Shown here in pieces: positions 28,482-37,986 of a stretch of DNA of 64,000 bases (position 1 is its first letter; each line of letters begins with the position of its first letter). The DNA comes from Candidatus Latescibacterota bacterium (GTDB taxonomy: Bacteria > Latescibacterota > UBA2968 > UBA8231): contig CBDETY010000003.1 of the NCBI GenBank assembly GCA_965243025.1, forward strand, positions 2,464,001-2,528,000, in the 5' to 3' direction. The notes under the pieces were generated by a model. It did not search any database. It was not told where the DNA came from and was given only the letters and a program-made list of their open reading frames with translations. The position numbers were made by a program, and so were the translations under genes.

Positions 28482-29777
28482 GTGCATAAACTCGTTCAAC
28501 GCCTCGGTCCCCTGCTCTTCACCGCCGTCTCCGCCGCCGGCTTCTGGTACGCCGGGGCCCGCTCCCTCGAGCCCGGCGACGGCCGCGTCGAGGTCTCCTG
28601 GCTGATCCCCGTCAACGACATGAAGAGCAGCTACGAGGAGCTCGCCGCCGGCTTCCGGGAGCGCCATCCCGGCATCGACCTGCGCATGGTCTGGGTCCCC
28701 GGCAACCAGTACCAGACCAAGTTCAAGACCCTCGCCGCGGCCGGCGACGCACCCGACGTCTTCTACACCGGCGACGTCTGGGTGGCCTACATGCTCCCCT
28801 TCCTGCGCGACATGACCTTCTACTTCGAACGCGACCGCGAGGAGATCGATCTCGACGATTTCTTCCCCGAGGTCATCGCCGCGATGCAGCACAAGGGCAG
28901 GTTCTATTTCCTCGCCGTCCACATCAACGTGTCGATGCTGTATTACAACCGGAAGCTGTTCGACGAGGCCGGGGTCTCCTATCCGACCCCGGACTGGACC
29001 TGGGACGACTTCTTCCGCGCCGGCGAGGCGATATCGCGGGTGCGGGAAGACGGCGCCCGGATCTGGGGGTCGGACATCAGCACCTCCTGGTGGGGGGAGT
29101 GGCTGATCTACGTCCGCCAGGCCGGCGGCAGCATGTTCAACGAGGACATGACCCGCTGTCTCCTCGACTCTCCCGAGGCGATCCGGGGGGTGCAGTTCTA
29201 CCACGACAAGGTGACCAGCGGCATCTCGCCGCGGCCCGGGTACGGCCCCGTCACCCGTTTCGCGAGCGGCCGCATGGGGCTGGTTTACGGCGGCCACACC
29301 ACCTTCTGGCGCATCTACAACCGCGCCGGGGACCTCGACTGGGACGTCGCCCTGCTGCCGAAGGGACCGGTGCGCAGGCACGGCGGGGAGATCGCGGTCG
29401 GCGCCTTTGCCGTGACCAGGAACTGCCGGCACCCGGAAGCGGCCTGGGAGCTGGTGAAGCACCTGGCCTCCAGGGAAGGGGTCATCGCCGAGGTCCGGGC
29501 CGGCGGCCTGCCTTCCCGCCGCTCGGTCGCCGAGGAGCTGATGCTCGGCCCCGACCGCCTCAACGACAGGCCGCCCAGCGTCGAATGGGCCTTCGAGCAG
29601 ATCAAGTACTCGATGACGATCCCCCGCTCCCCCGACTACATCGAGATCGCCATCGAGGTGATCCAGCCGGAGATCGACCGCATGCTGCAGGGGGAGCTGA
29701 CCCCCGAGCAGGCCTGCCGCCGCGCCGCCGAGGCGGCCAACCGCTTCATCGAGACCCTGGGCCGCCGCGACAGGTGA
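28482..29777 (+). CDS. Carbohydrate ABC transporter substrate-binding protein (CUT1)
   Basis: 'F...HPGI', 'AAGDAPDVF', 'LYYNRKLFDEAGV.YP..DWTWDDF', 'DWDVA.LP', 'HPEAAWE'. Confidence 0.9.
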   Translation: MHKLVQRLGPLLFTAVSAAGFWYAGARSLEPGDGRVEVSWLIPVNDMKSSYEELAAGFRERHPGIDLRMVWVPGNQYQTKFKTLAAAGDAPDVFYTGDVWVAYMLPFLRDMTFYFERDREEIDLDDFFPEVIAAMQHKGRFYFLAVHINVSMLYYNRKLFDEAGVSYPTPDWTWDDFFRAGEAISRVREDGARIWGSDISTSWWGEWLIYVRQAGGSMFNEDMTRCLLDSPEAIRGVQFYHDKVTSGISPRPGYGPVTRFASGRMGLVYGGHTTFWRIYNRAGDLDWDVALLPKGPVRRHGGEIAVGAFAVTRNCRHPEAAWELVKHLASREGVIAEVRAGGLPSRRSVAEELMLGPDRLNDRPPSVEWAFEQIKYSMTIPRSPDYIEIAIEVIQPEIDRMLQGELTPEQACRRAAEAANRFIETLGRRDR

Positions 29778-29787
29778 GGGGCTCCCT

Positions 29788-30681
29788 TTGAGACACTTCC
29801 GCGCCGGGGTCTGGTTCTACCTGATGGCGGGACCGGCGATCGCGGGGTTCCTCGCCTTCGCCCTGATCCCGATGCTCTACTCCCTCTACCTCAGCTTCAC
29901 CCGCTACACCGTGGTGAACCCGCCCGAGTGGGTCGGCATCGACCACTACATCTACCTGTTCAGGCACGACCCCTCGTTCTGGGTGTCGGTCGAGGTGACC
30001 CTGCTGTTCGCCGCGTTCCAGGTGCCCCTGGCGCTGGTCACCTCCCTGTCGTTGGCCCTGCTGCTCAACTGCCCGATGCGCTTCCGCGGCGTCTTCCGGA
30101 CGATCTACTACGTCCCCTCCATCCTTCCCTCGGCGGCCTCGGCGGCGATCTTCGTCTTCATCTTCAACCCCGAGTACGGCATGCTGAACGCCCTGCTCGC
30201 CCGCGCCGGGGTCGCCGGGCCCGCCTGGCTCGACGATTCGGCCTGGGCGCTGCCGACGCTCATCCTCATCAGCCTGTGGGGGTTCGGCAACGCCATGCTG
30301 ATCTTCCTCGGCGGACTGCAGGGGGTCGCCCGCTCCCTCTACGAGGCGGCCTCCATCGACGGGGCCGGGGCCTGGCGGCGCTTCTTCCACGTCACCCTGC
30401 CGCAGATCTCCCCGGTCTTCTTCTTCAACCTGGTCATGGGGGTCATCGGGGCCCTGCGCGTCTTCGACCTCGCCTACGCCTTCGGAGCCGCCCAGGGGAA
30501 GATCCCCGGGGGGCCGGCGCAGTCGACGCTATTCTACGTGCTCAACCTCTACCAGAAGGCTTTCAACTACTTCCACATGGGACAGGCGAGCGCCATGGCC
30601 TGGATCCTGTTCGCGGTGACCGTCGGCCTTACCTGGCTCAACTTCCGCTTCGCCAGCAAGTGGGTGCACCATGAACAGTGA
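29788..30681 (+). CDS. Carbohydrate ABC transporter permease
   Basis: Multiple transmembrane segments and EAA loop 'LYEAASIDGAG.WRRFFHVTLP'. Confidence 0.93.
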   Translation: MRHFRAGVWFYLMAGPAIAGFLAFALIPMLYSLYLSFTRYTVVNPPEWVGIDHYIYLFRHDPSFWVSVEVTLLFAAFQVPLALVTSLSLALLLNCPMRFRGVFRTIYYVPSILPSAASAAIFVFIFNPEYGMLNALLARAGVAGPAWLDDSAWALPTLILISLWGFGNAMLIFLGGLQGVARSLYEAASIDGAGAWRRFFHVTLPQISPVFFFNLVMGVIGALRVFDLAYAFGAAQGKIPGGPAQSTLFYVLNLYQKAFNYFHMGQASAMAWILFAVTVGLTWLNFRFASKWVHHEQ

Positions 30682-31552
30682 GGGCAGGGTGCGGGTTCGG
30701 GTGCGGCCGGGGCGGGTGTTGTTCTACGGCTCCATCGTCGGGGGAGCCGTGCTGATGCTGTTCCCGCTCGCCTGGATGCTGATGACGAGCCTGAAGTCGT
30801 TCACCGAAGTCCTGCAGGAACCGATGAAGTGGATCCCCGGCAGTCCGCAGTGGAGCAACTACCTCGTGGTGTTCCGGGAGTTCGAGTTCGGCAGGTTCCT
30901 GTGGAACTCGGTGTTCGTGACCGGGATGACGATTGCCGGGACCCTGGTCTCCTGCTCGGCGGCGGCCTACGCCTTCGTCTTCATCCGCGTGCGCTTCAAG
31001 GGTCCGATCTTCGCCGCCCTGCTGGCGACGATGATGCTGCCGGGGCAGGTGACGATCATCCCGCTGTTCAAGTTCTTCGCCCAGATCGGCTGGGTGAACA
31101 CCTACTACCCGCTGATCGTGCCGCACTGGCTCGGCGCCAACGTCTTCGGGATCTTCCTGCTGCGCCAGTTCTTCCTCACAATTCCGCACGGATACATCGA
31201 GGCGGCCCGCATGGACGGCGCCTCCGAGCTGCGCATCCTCTGGCACGTCGTCGTCCCCCTGAGCACCCCTGTCCTGCTCACGGTCACGGTGTTCACCTTC
31301 CTCGCCAGCTGGAACGACCTGTTCGGCCCCCTCATCTACCTGCACGACGAGAGGCTCTACACCATGCCGGTCGGGCTCTTCTATTTCATCGCCAAGGCGG
31401 GAGTGATCATGGGGGGGGCCGGCACCCAGGTGACCCCCTGGAACCTGGTGATGGCGCTGACTACGGTAATGATCGTGCCGGTCATCGCCGTCTTCTTCCT
31501 GGCGCAGAAGCGGTTCATCGAGGGAATCAGCGCCTCCGGGATCAAGGGGTAG
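30671..31552 (+). CDS. Carbohydrate ABC transporter permease
   Basis: EAA loop 'YIEAARMDGASELRI', 'FLLRQFF', 'WND..GPL'. Confidence 0.93.
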   Translation: MNSEGRVRVRVRPGRVLFYGSIVGGAVLMLFPLAWMLMTSLKSFTEVLQEPMKWIPGSPQWSNYLVVFREFEFGRFLWNSVFVTGMTIAGTLVSCSAAAYAFVFIRVRFKGPIFAALLATMMLPGQVTIIPLFKFFAQIGWVNTYYPLIVPHWLGANVFGIFLLRQFFLTIPHGYIEAARMDGASELRILWHVVVPLSTPVLLTVTVFTFLASWNDLFGPLIYLHDERLYTMPVGLFYFIAKAGVIMGGAGTQVTPWNLVMALTTVMIVPVIAVFFLAQKRFIEGISASGIKG

Positions 31553-31840
31553 GGGGAATGCCTCAGGCCTGGCGGACCGTAGAGGCGGGGAGGAAATCCG
31601 GCCATGCCAGGGACAGGTCGGGCTTGCTTCGGAGAGCTGCCCCTTCACCCGGCCGTGCGCCCCGGAGATGCCGGATGTGCATGCTGAAAGAGGAAGCGGC
31701 GGCATGAGCGGAGCGGGGCCGGGATTGCCGGCTGTGCATGCGAAAAGGGGCCGCCCCCGCATGGCCTGGCGGGTCGGGCCTCCTGCGGTTCAGGAAGCGG
31801 CTTGTTTCCCTTGATGGCTTCGGCGGGCCCGTACATACAA

Positions 31841-31877
31841 AGAGGGCGCCGAGAAATCCCCGGCGCCCTCTGTTTTT
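31841..31877. terminator. Intrinsic terminator, probably bidirectional, downstream of the cold-shock gene
   Basis: Perfect 11-bp stem AGAGGGCGCCG (31841-31851) / CGGCGCCCTCT (31861-31871). Followed by GTTTTT on the + strand and TTGTATGT on the - strand. Confidence 0.8.
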
Positions 31878-31892
31878 CCGAAGCGGTCGGTG

Positions 31893-32102
31893 CTACAGCG
31901 GCCTTACGTTCTCCGCGGCCGGGCCCTTCTGACCCTGAACCACCTCGAACTCGACCTGCTGGCCTTCAGCGAGCGACTTGAAGCCGTCCGTCTGAATGGC
32001 GCTGTAGTGCACGAAGACGTCGTCCCCGTTCTGCACGCTGATGAAGCCGAAGCCCTTGGCGTCGTTGAACCACTTCACTGTTCCTGACTGGCGTTCCGCC
32101 AT
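31893..32102 (-). CDS. Cold-shock protein (CspA family)
   Basis: '[15 protein letters not shown]', 'DVFVHYSAI', 'GFKSL.EGQ.VEF', 'KGPAA.NV'. Confidence 0.98.
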   Translation of the reverse strand: MAERQSGTVKWFNDAKGFGFISVQNGDDVFVHYSAIQTDGFKSLAEGQQVEFEVVQGQKGPAAENVRPL

Positions 32103-32408
32103 TGGTAAAACCCTCCCTGTGGAGCATGTGATTACAGCAGGACGTTTCGAGATGGACTGGGGGGATGTAACTCAGAACAGCGCGGAACGACTGCCGAAAT
32201 AAAACCCCTCTGCGGGTGCAGAGAGTTGAATGAAAGTAATATATGGCCAATGTCGAAGGAAATCCAACAGCATTTTGCCCGTCCGGGAGTACCTTCCCAT
32301 GCCGGCCAGCCACCGGGTTTGACGGCCGATCCGGAGCCGGGTGCCATGCCTCGGGCGGTGGGGAAGCCGGCGGACCGAACCTTTGACCCGATCTCAAAAA
32401 GGAAACCG

Positions 32409-33893
32409 ATGGGAGATTCCAGCACTGCAGGAATCCCTGGTTCCCGGAGTTCGGGTTCCCGGTCAGCCTGCAGAACCTGCCTCAGGCTGGCGGCCTGTCT
32501 TTTCCCCTGTTTTGCGCCGGCCTTCGCCGGGGATCCGGGGCGCGCCGCGATCGCGTGGGAGTCGCCGCTTCCCTACGGCACCTTCAGCTCTCCCCGCCTG
32601 ATCGAGAGCGCGGGAAAACCGGAGCTGCTGATGGCCTTCGGCAGCGAGGATTCCCTCGCCGGCGGCGTGGTCGCCGTCGACGCCGCCACCGGTGAGCACC
32701 GCTGGCGCGTCGATACCGAGCAGGAGCTGTTCGCCCTTCCCCAGCCCCTGACCTCTGCGGACTCCGGTGTGCACCCCTGGGTGGTGGCCGGGCGCAACGG
32801 CCAGCTCGGCGCCATCGACGCGGCCCGGGGGGCGCTGCTGTGGCGCTTCCGCCCGTTCGGCGGCGACGGCAAGAAGCAGGGGATCTACAACTTCTACACC
32901 GGCTTCGAGCTCGGCGACGCCGACGGGGACGGCATCGGCGACTGGGTCGTGACCAACGGCGGGGATTCGGCCCTGGGGAAGTACGAGGGCCGTCCCCCCG
33001 GCCACCTGATGGTCGTCAGCGGCAGGGACGGCTCCGTCATCCACCGGATGCTGGTTCCCGACCATCGCGAGACCTACTGCTCCCCGCTGCTGTGGCGGCG
33101 AATGGACGCGGAGTGGGTCGTCTTCGGCACCGGGGGAGAGACGTTCCCCGGATCTCTCTGGGCCGTGGCCGCCCAGGAGGTGCTGGCCGGCGGCCTCGCG
33201 GGGATCCGCTCCCTCGTCGATTTCGTCGAGTACAAGGGGGCGATCGCTCCCCCTTCCCTTGCCGACCTCGACGGGGACGGCGTCCTCGACCTGGTCGCGG
33301 TGCCGTTCGACGGCCGCATCATCGCCCTGTCGGGCCGCACCCTGGCGCCGTTGTGGAGCTTCGACGCCCCTGTCGACGAAGAGACGCAGTCGAGCCCTGC
33401 CATCGGAGACTTCGACGGGGACGGCGATCTCGACGTCGTCCAGGTCGAGCAGGAGGGGATCTTCCCCCGGTGGACGGCCTCGGTAATCCGGGTCTTCGAC
33501 GGCGGCACCGGGGCGCAGCTGTGGGAGCGGAGGATGGTCCGCGATCTGGTGCCGGCCTCACCTCTCGCCGTCGACCTCGACGCCGACGGCCGCGACGAGA
33601 TCCTCATCACCCGGTCGGACGCCGGGCTGTTCCGCGGAGCAACGAGCAGATCCCGCATGCAGGCAGTGCACGTCGAGGAAGCCCGCATCGATACCCTCGC
33701 CGAGACCGACGGCTTCAATTCCGGGGCCGGGCTGGTGGCCGACGCCGACCGGGACGGGCTGCTCGAGTGGTTCGTGCCCCTGCGCAAGGCCGGTGAGCGC
33801 GGCAGCCTGGTTCGGATCGACCTGAAAGCGCCGGTACCCCGGCGCATCGCCTGGGGCGGGTACCTCGGGACCCGGCACGACGGCGCCTACTGA
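32409..33893 (+). CDS. FG-GAP/PQQ-like beta-propeller protein (FAM234-like)
   Basis: Repeated 'D.DGDG..D' Ca-binding loops, 'PD.RETYCSP', 'FGTGGET.PGSL'. Start uncertain; ATG 32409 chosen. Confidence 0.7.
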   Translation: MGDSSTAGIPGSRSSGSRSACRTCLRLAACLFPCFAPAFAGDPGRAAIAWESPLPYGTFSSPRLIESAGKPELLMAFGSEDSLAGGVVAVDAATGEHRWRVDTEQELFALPQPLTSADSGVHPWVVAGRNGQLGAIDAARGALLWRFRPFGGDGKKQGIYNFYTGFELGDADGDGIGDWVVTNGGDSALGKYEGRPPGHLMVVSGRDGSVIHRMLVPDHRETYCSPLLWRRMDAEWVVFGTGGETFPGSLWAVAAQEVLAGGLAGIRSLVDFVEYKGAIAPPSLADLDGDGVLDLVAVPFDGRIIALSGRTLAPLWSFDAPVDEETQSSPAIGDFDGDGDLDVVQVEQEGIFPRWTASVIRVFDGGTGAQLWERRMVRDLVPASPLAVDLDADGRDEILITRSDAGLFRGATSRSRMQAVHVEEARIDTLAETDGFNSGAGLVADADRDGLLEWFVPLRKAGERGSLVRIDLKAPVPRRIAWGGYLGTRHDGAY

Positions 33894-34041
33894 GCCGCGC
33901 CCCCCCTCCAGACTCGAAGGTTTTTTGGTGAGAATTGCCACTGGCCGGCGGTTCGCCTCCGGGCACCGCTCCGTCGACCGGCAACTCCCTGTTCCCGGGC
34001 AAGGGACGGAGATCCGGCGCCGCGGCCGCGGGAGGCCGGGA

Positions 34042-35877
34042 TCAGCTCGATGCCCCCTCCATGGGGGGGAAGTCGTAGGAAGGCCGGTGGACGAACCGCT
34101 TCATCCCGAGGTCGAGCTCGATGCGCGCCGCCGCTCCCAGCTCGACGACGAGGTGCCTGTTCCCCACGGTCACCCGCTGCTCTTCCCCGCGGCCGTCCGT
34201 TCCGCAAGCCTCGGTGAACTCGTGCTCGCCGAAGGAGCCGGCCTGAATCAGCACCGGGCGGGACCGCACCGGATCGGTGTTGACGAGGGTCACCCGGGCC
34301 CCGTCCGCACCGGCGCGGTCGGCGAGGGCGGCCACGTGCGGGGGCAGCCCGGCGCGCCGCTGCTCGGGGTCGAAGTAGCGCAGGTGAGCCTGCAGCAGGC
34401 CGCCGTTGTACACCGCCGCCGGCGTTCCCATCGCCATCTGCACGAGACCCTCCGGCAGCACCGGGCAGAGCGGCTGGAAGTGGTAGCACTCCCGCGTCTC
34501 CGGGTCGCTGTCGTCCGCTCCGAGCCGGTCGAGGGCGCGGCAGACGCTGCTGTAGGTCGTGTCGAGGACCTGCTCCGGGAACCCCGGGTTCTTCCCCTCG
34601 ACGAAAGCCGCCCAGGCCCCGGGCGGGCAGATCCCCGCCTTGCCGGCGCCCCAGTCTTCCGGCAGGCCGGCGAACCCCTCCCGGTCCGGGAACAGCTCGT
34701 CGAGGCGGGCGAGGTCCTCCTCGCTCTGGCTCAAATAATAGAGGTGGATGTAGTGGTAGGGATCCGGCGGCCGGTAGTCGAACCAGCCCCGGTCGCCGTG
34801 CCGGGACGGGACCACCGGCACCCCGTCGATCTCGCGGCGAAGGGACCACAGCATGTCGAGCTGAGAGCGGCAGAGGTCGAGATGCGACATGTCCCCCGTC
34901 ATCAGCGCCGCGCAGCTGCCGGCGACGAAAGCCGGCTCGACGACGTTGCGGGCCCCGTGGGGCCAGCGCCAGCCGTAGTAGCCGCCCCACCACTTGCCGT
35001 TGTTGAGCTCCCCGATTCCGCCGCCGGGCCCGATGTTGTCCGGCATGATGCCGCCGTTGGCGTCGCGGTGCTCGACCCACCTCGCCAGGTAGTCGAGCAC
35101 CCACCTCCTGTACTTCTCCTCGCCGGTGTACAGGTAGGCGTTGGTGATCATGCTGGCGGCGCTGAGGTTCAGGGGCACGTCGCAGCGGGTCATGCGCTCG
35201 TTGATGAGGGCGAGGACCCGGGCGAAGGTTTCGTCGTCGGTCCAGTCGACCTTGAACATCGGGTCCCGGCTGTCGGCGCCGGGCATGTCCTCGAACGGGG
35301 AGAGGTACCCGGCCAGGATCGGCCGGTGGTACTCCCAGTCGGTCCGGGTGGTGACGAAGCGCGGGCCGCGGCTGCCGTTCAGCGGGCTGCGGATCATCCG
35401 CTTCTCCGCGTCCCAGTTCGGAGCCAGGGGATCCTCCCCGGTGTACATGGCGGCGTAGCGCAGGGCGCGGTTGCGGTCGATGTAATGCCCCGGGTCGGCC
35501 ATGGCGAGATAGTAGATGTAGGTGTAGCTCTCGCTGTGGTGGAACCAGTCGAAACCGGTGACGAACTCGCGGTCGACGGTGCCGTAGTCGGCGTACTGCC
35601 AGGTTATGGCGTCCCACTCCCTGCGGGCGGTGCGGTGGATGAACTCGCTGCCCCCGAGGAGGTAGAAGAGGGGAAACGACAGGAAGGCCTCGTAGCCGTT
35701 GTCGGTGCCGTCCATGCTCGTCCAGACGGTGCGCTGGATCAGGGTTCCGTCGGGACGGGTCGCGTGCCCGGTGAAGGGGACCGCGGCCCGGTCCATCAGG
35801 TCGATCAGGTGGCGCTGGCGCACCGCCCAGTGCGGCGGAGCCGTGCGGCCTTCGGCGCGCAGGACTGCTTCTGTCAT
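34042..35877 (-). CDS. Conserved hypothetical cytoplasmic protein, possibly an (alpha/alpha)-toroid carbohydrate-acting enzyme
   Basis: Strong coding-like codon bias, GAGGA RBS, and aromatic/acidic motifs 'DNGYE', 'DWFHHSE', 'NGGIMPDNIG', 'WWGGYYGW'. The fold is a guess. Confidence 0.6.
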   Translation of the reverse strand: MTEAVLRAEGRTAPPHWAVRQRHLIDLMDRAAVPFTGHATRPDGTLIQRTVWTSMDGTDNGYEAFLSFPLFYLLGGSEFIHRTARREWDAITWQYADYGTVDREFVTGFDWFHHSESYTYIYYLAMADPGHYIDRNRALRYAAMYTGEDPLAPNWDAEKRMIRSPLNGSRGPRFVTTRTDWEYHRPILAGYLSPFEDMPGADSRDPMFKVDWTDDETFARVLALINERMTRCDVPLNLSAASMITNAYLYTGEEKYRRWVLDYLARWVEHRDANGGIMPDNIGPGGGIGELNNGKWWGGYYGWRWPHGARNVVEPAFVAGSCAALMTGDMSHLDLCRSQLDMLWSLRREIDGVPVVPSRHGDRGWFDYRPPDPYHYIHLYYLSQSEEDLARLDELFPDREGFAGLPEDWGAGKAGICPPGAWAAFVEGKNPGFPEQVLDTTYSSVCRALDRLGADDSDPETRECYHFQPLCPVLPEGLVQMAMGTPAAVYNGGLLQAHLRYFDPEQRRAGLPPHVAALADRAGADGARVTLVNTDPVRSRPVLIQAGSFGEHEFTEACGTDGRGEEQRVTVGNRHLVVELGAAARIELDLGMKRFVHRPSYDFPPMEGASS

Positions 35878-36042
35878 GGGATGTTCCTCTGGTTACGTCA
35901 CCGGGGGGAATCTAACGGCTCGTGCATGGCGCGGCGACCGTGCTGATCTTTTTGCACTCCCGGTGAAAAAGCCCATGCCGCCGAGGCCTGCACAGCGATG
36001 CGCAAGCGGGGCTGTCCGGGCCGGATCCGGGATCCTTCATCC

Positions 36043-37986
36043 ATGACAACCGATTCTCCATTCGGGGCGCGGACCCTCCTCGCCGGGGCCTTGTTGTGCC
36101 TTGTTATCAGTGTCTTCGCCCCCTATTCCAACATGGTGCTGCAGGGCTCCCTTCTCGCCCTCGACTTCGGCACCTCGGCCGCCGTCTTCCTGCTCTTTCT
36201 CCTGCTTCTCGCCAACGCATCCCTTTCCCTGTTGAACCGGCGTTTCCGTTTCCGGCAACCGGAGCTCGCCGTGATCTACGCCATGATGATCACCGCCTGC
36301 TCCATTCCGACGATGGGGCTGATGGAGTACGTGCTCCCCGGCCTGACTTCCCTCCATTACTACTCGGGGCCGGAGAACGAATGGCAGGAGCAGATTCAGC
36401 CGTTCGTCAAGTCCTGGATGGTGGTCGAGGAGCCGTTGGCGACCAAGTACTTCTACGAGGGCCTGCCCCGGGACATGGCGATCCCCTGGCAGCCGTGGGT
36501 CAAGCCGCTGGCCGCCTGGACGGTGCTGATTCTCGCCCTGTACATGGTGATGATCTGCGCCGTCGTCATCGTGCGCCGCCAATGGATGGACAACGAGCGC
36601 CTGCTGTATCCGCTGGTCCAGGTGCCGCTGGCGATGATCCGGCAGGACGAAGGCCGCCTTCCCCCCTTTTTCCGGAACGGCCTGATGTGGCTCGGGTTCG
36701 GGGCCGCGGTGGCGATAGGGAGCCTGAAGGGGCTGAACCACTACTACCCGGAGGTTCCGCAGATCGCCATGGGAACCTACCTGCCCGTGGTCCGGGACGC
36801 CGTCAACCTGCCGATCATGCTGAGCTTCACGGTCGTCGGACTCAGCTACTTCATCAGCCTCGAAATCGCCCTCGGGATCTGGTTCTTCACGCTTCTCGCA
36901 ATCGTCGAAAAAGGTGTCTTCAGCCTCGTCGGCATTCAGAGCACGGAGATGGTGAGCGTCTACGGCACGCCGGAGTCCCCTTACCTCGCCCACCAGGGGA
37001 TCGGGGCGATGCTGGTCTTCGCCGCCGCCGGGCTGTGGTCGGCCCGCCGTTATCTCCGCGGCGTCTTCGGCAATGCCTGGAGCCGCGGCGGCGGCAGGGG
37101 CGAACCGATCGACGACAGCCGGGAGATGCTCTCCTACCGGAGCGCGGTGACCGGGCTGGTCGCAGGCCTGCTGGTGATGGCGGTCTGGCTCTGGCTGTCG
37201 GGGCTTCCCGCCGTTCTGGTGCCCCTGTTCCTGGGGGTGGCCCTGGCGATCTTCTTCGCCCTCACGCGCATCGTGGTCGAGGGAGGAATCGCCGCCGCCC
37301 GCAGCCCGATGATCGCCTCGACCTTCGTGGTTTCGGCGGTCGGCACCCCCCTGGTCGGACTGCAGGGACTGGCGGCCCTGGCCTACACCTACATATGGCA
37401 CGGGGACGTGCGCACCTTCGTGATGGCCTCCTGCGCCAACAGTCTGAAGATGGTCGAGGGGGAGCGCAGCCAGCGGCCCTTGTTCTGGGCCCTCCTTCTC
37501 TCCATTCTGGTCACCATGATCGGGTCCTGCGCGACCATCCTGTACCTGTCCTACACGCACGGAGGCGTCAATCTTCACGGCTGGTTCTTCATCTCGGGAC
37601 CGCAGGTGGGGTTCCGGTTCATCACCGCCAAGATGCAGTCCTTTCCCCCGGCAGACGCCGGCGGCTGGCTGTTCAAGGCGATCGGTGGAGGGGTCATGGC
37701 CGGCCTGATGTACCTGCGTCATCACTTCCTCTGGTGGCCCTTTCACCCGCTCGGTTTCGCCGTCTGCACGGTCTCCTACATCGTCGGGCGCGTCTGGTTC
37801 AGCGTCTTCGTCGCCTGGTTCTTCAAGCTCGTCATCCTCAAGTACGGCGGGGCGGCGCTGCATCGGCGCATGATGCCGTTCTTCATGGGGCTCGTTCTGG
37901 GCCAGATCAGCAACGCGGGGTTCTGGGTCGTCATCGACGCCTGCACCGGAACGTCGGGAAACCACATAGGGGCGCTGTTCTGGTGA
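36043..37986 (+). CDS. DUF6785/DUF6784-like polytopic inner-membrane protein (putative transporter)
   Basis: Many hydrophobic segments; 'RRQW...ERLLYPLVQVP', 'YLAHQG.G', 'WWPFHPLG', 'LKYGG....RR..PFF.GLVLG'. Paralog at 59709. Confidence 0.8.
   Translation: MTTDSPFGARTLLAGALLCLVISVFAPYSNMVLQGSLLALDFGTSAAVFLLFLLLLANASLSLLNRRFRFRQPELAVIYAMMITACSIPTMGLMEYVLPGLTSLHYYSGPENEWQEQIQPFVKSWMVVEEPLATKYFYEGLPRDMAIPWQPWVKPLAAWTVLILALYMVMICAVVIVRRQWMDNERLLYPLVQVPLAMIRQDEGRLPPFFRNGLMWLGFGAAVAIGSLKGLNHYYPEVPQIAMGTYLPVVRDAVNLPIMLSFTVVGLSYFISLEIALGIWFFTLLAIVEKGVFSLVGIQSTEMVSVYGTPESPYLAHQGIGAMLVFAAAGLWSARRYLRGVFGNAWSRGGGRGEPIDDSREMLSYRSAVTGLVAGLLVMAVWLWLSGLPAVLVPLFLGVALAIFFALTRIVVEGGIAAARSPMIASTFVVSAVGTPLVGLQGLAALAYTYIWHGDVRTFVMASCANSLKMVEGERSQRPLFWALLLSILVTMIGSCATILYLSYTHGGVNLHGWFFISGPQVGFRFITAKMQSFPPADAGGWLFKAIGGGVMAGLMYLRHHFLWWPFHPLGFAVCTVSYIVGRVWFSVFVAWFFKLVILKYGGAALHRRMMPFFMGLVLGQISNAGFWVVIDACTGTSGNHIGALFW

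Noticed and set aside
26913-29462. 849-aa ORF that looks like a large HD-domain fusion
   Set aside because: Only the last ~207 codons (PhnZ-like) are real. The rest overlaps phnY in another frame and the SBP gene in antisense.
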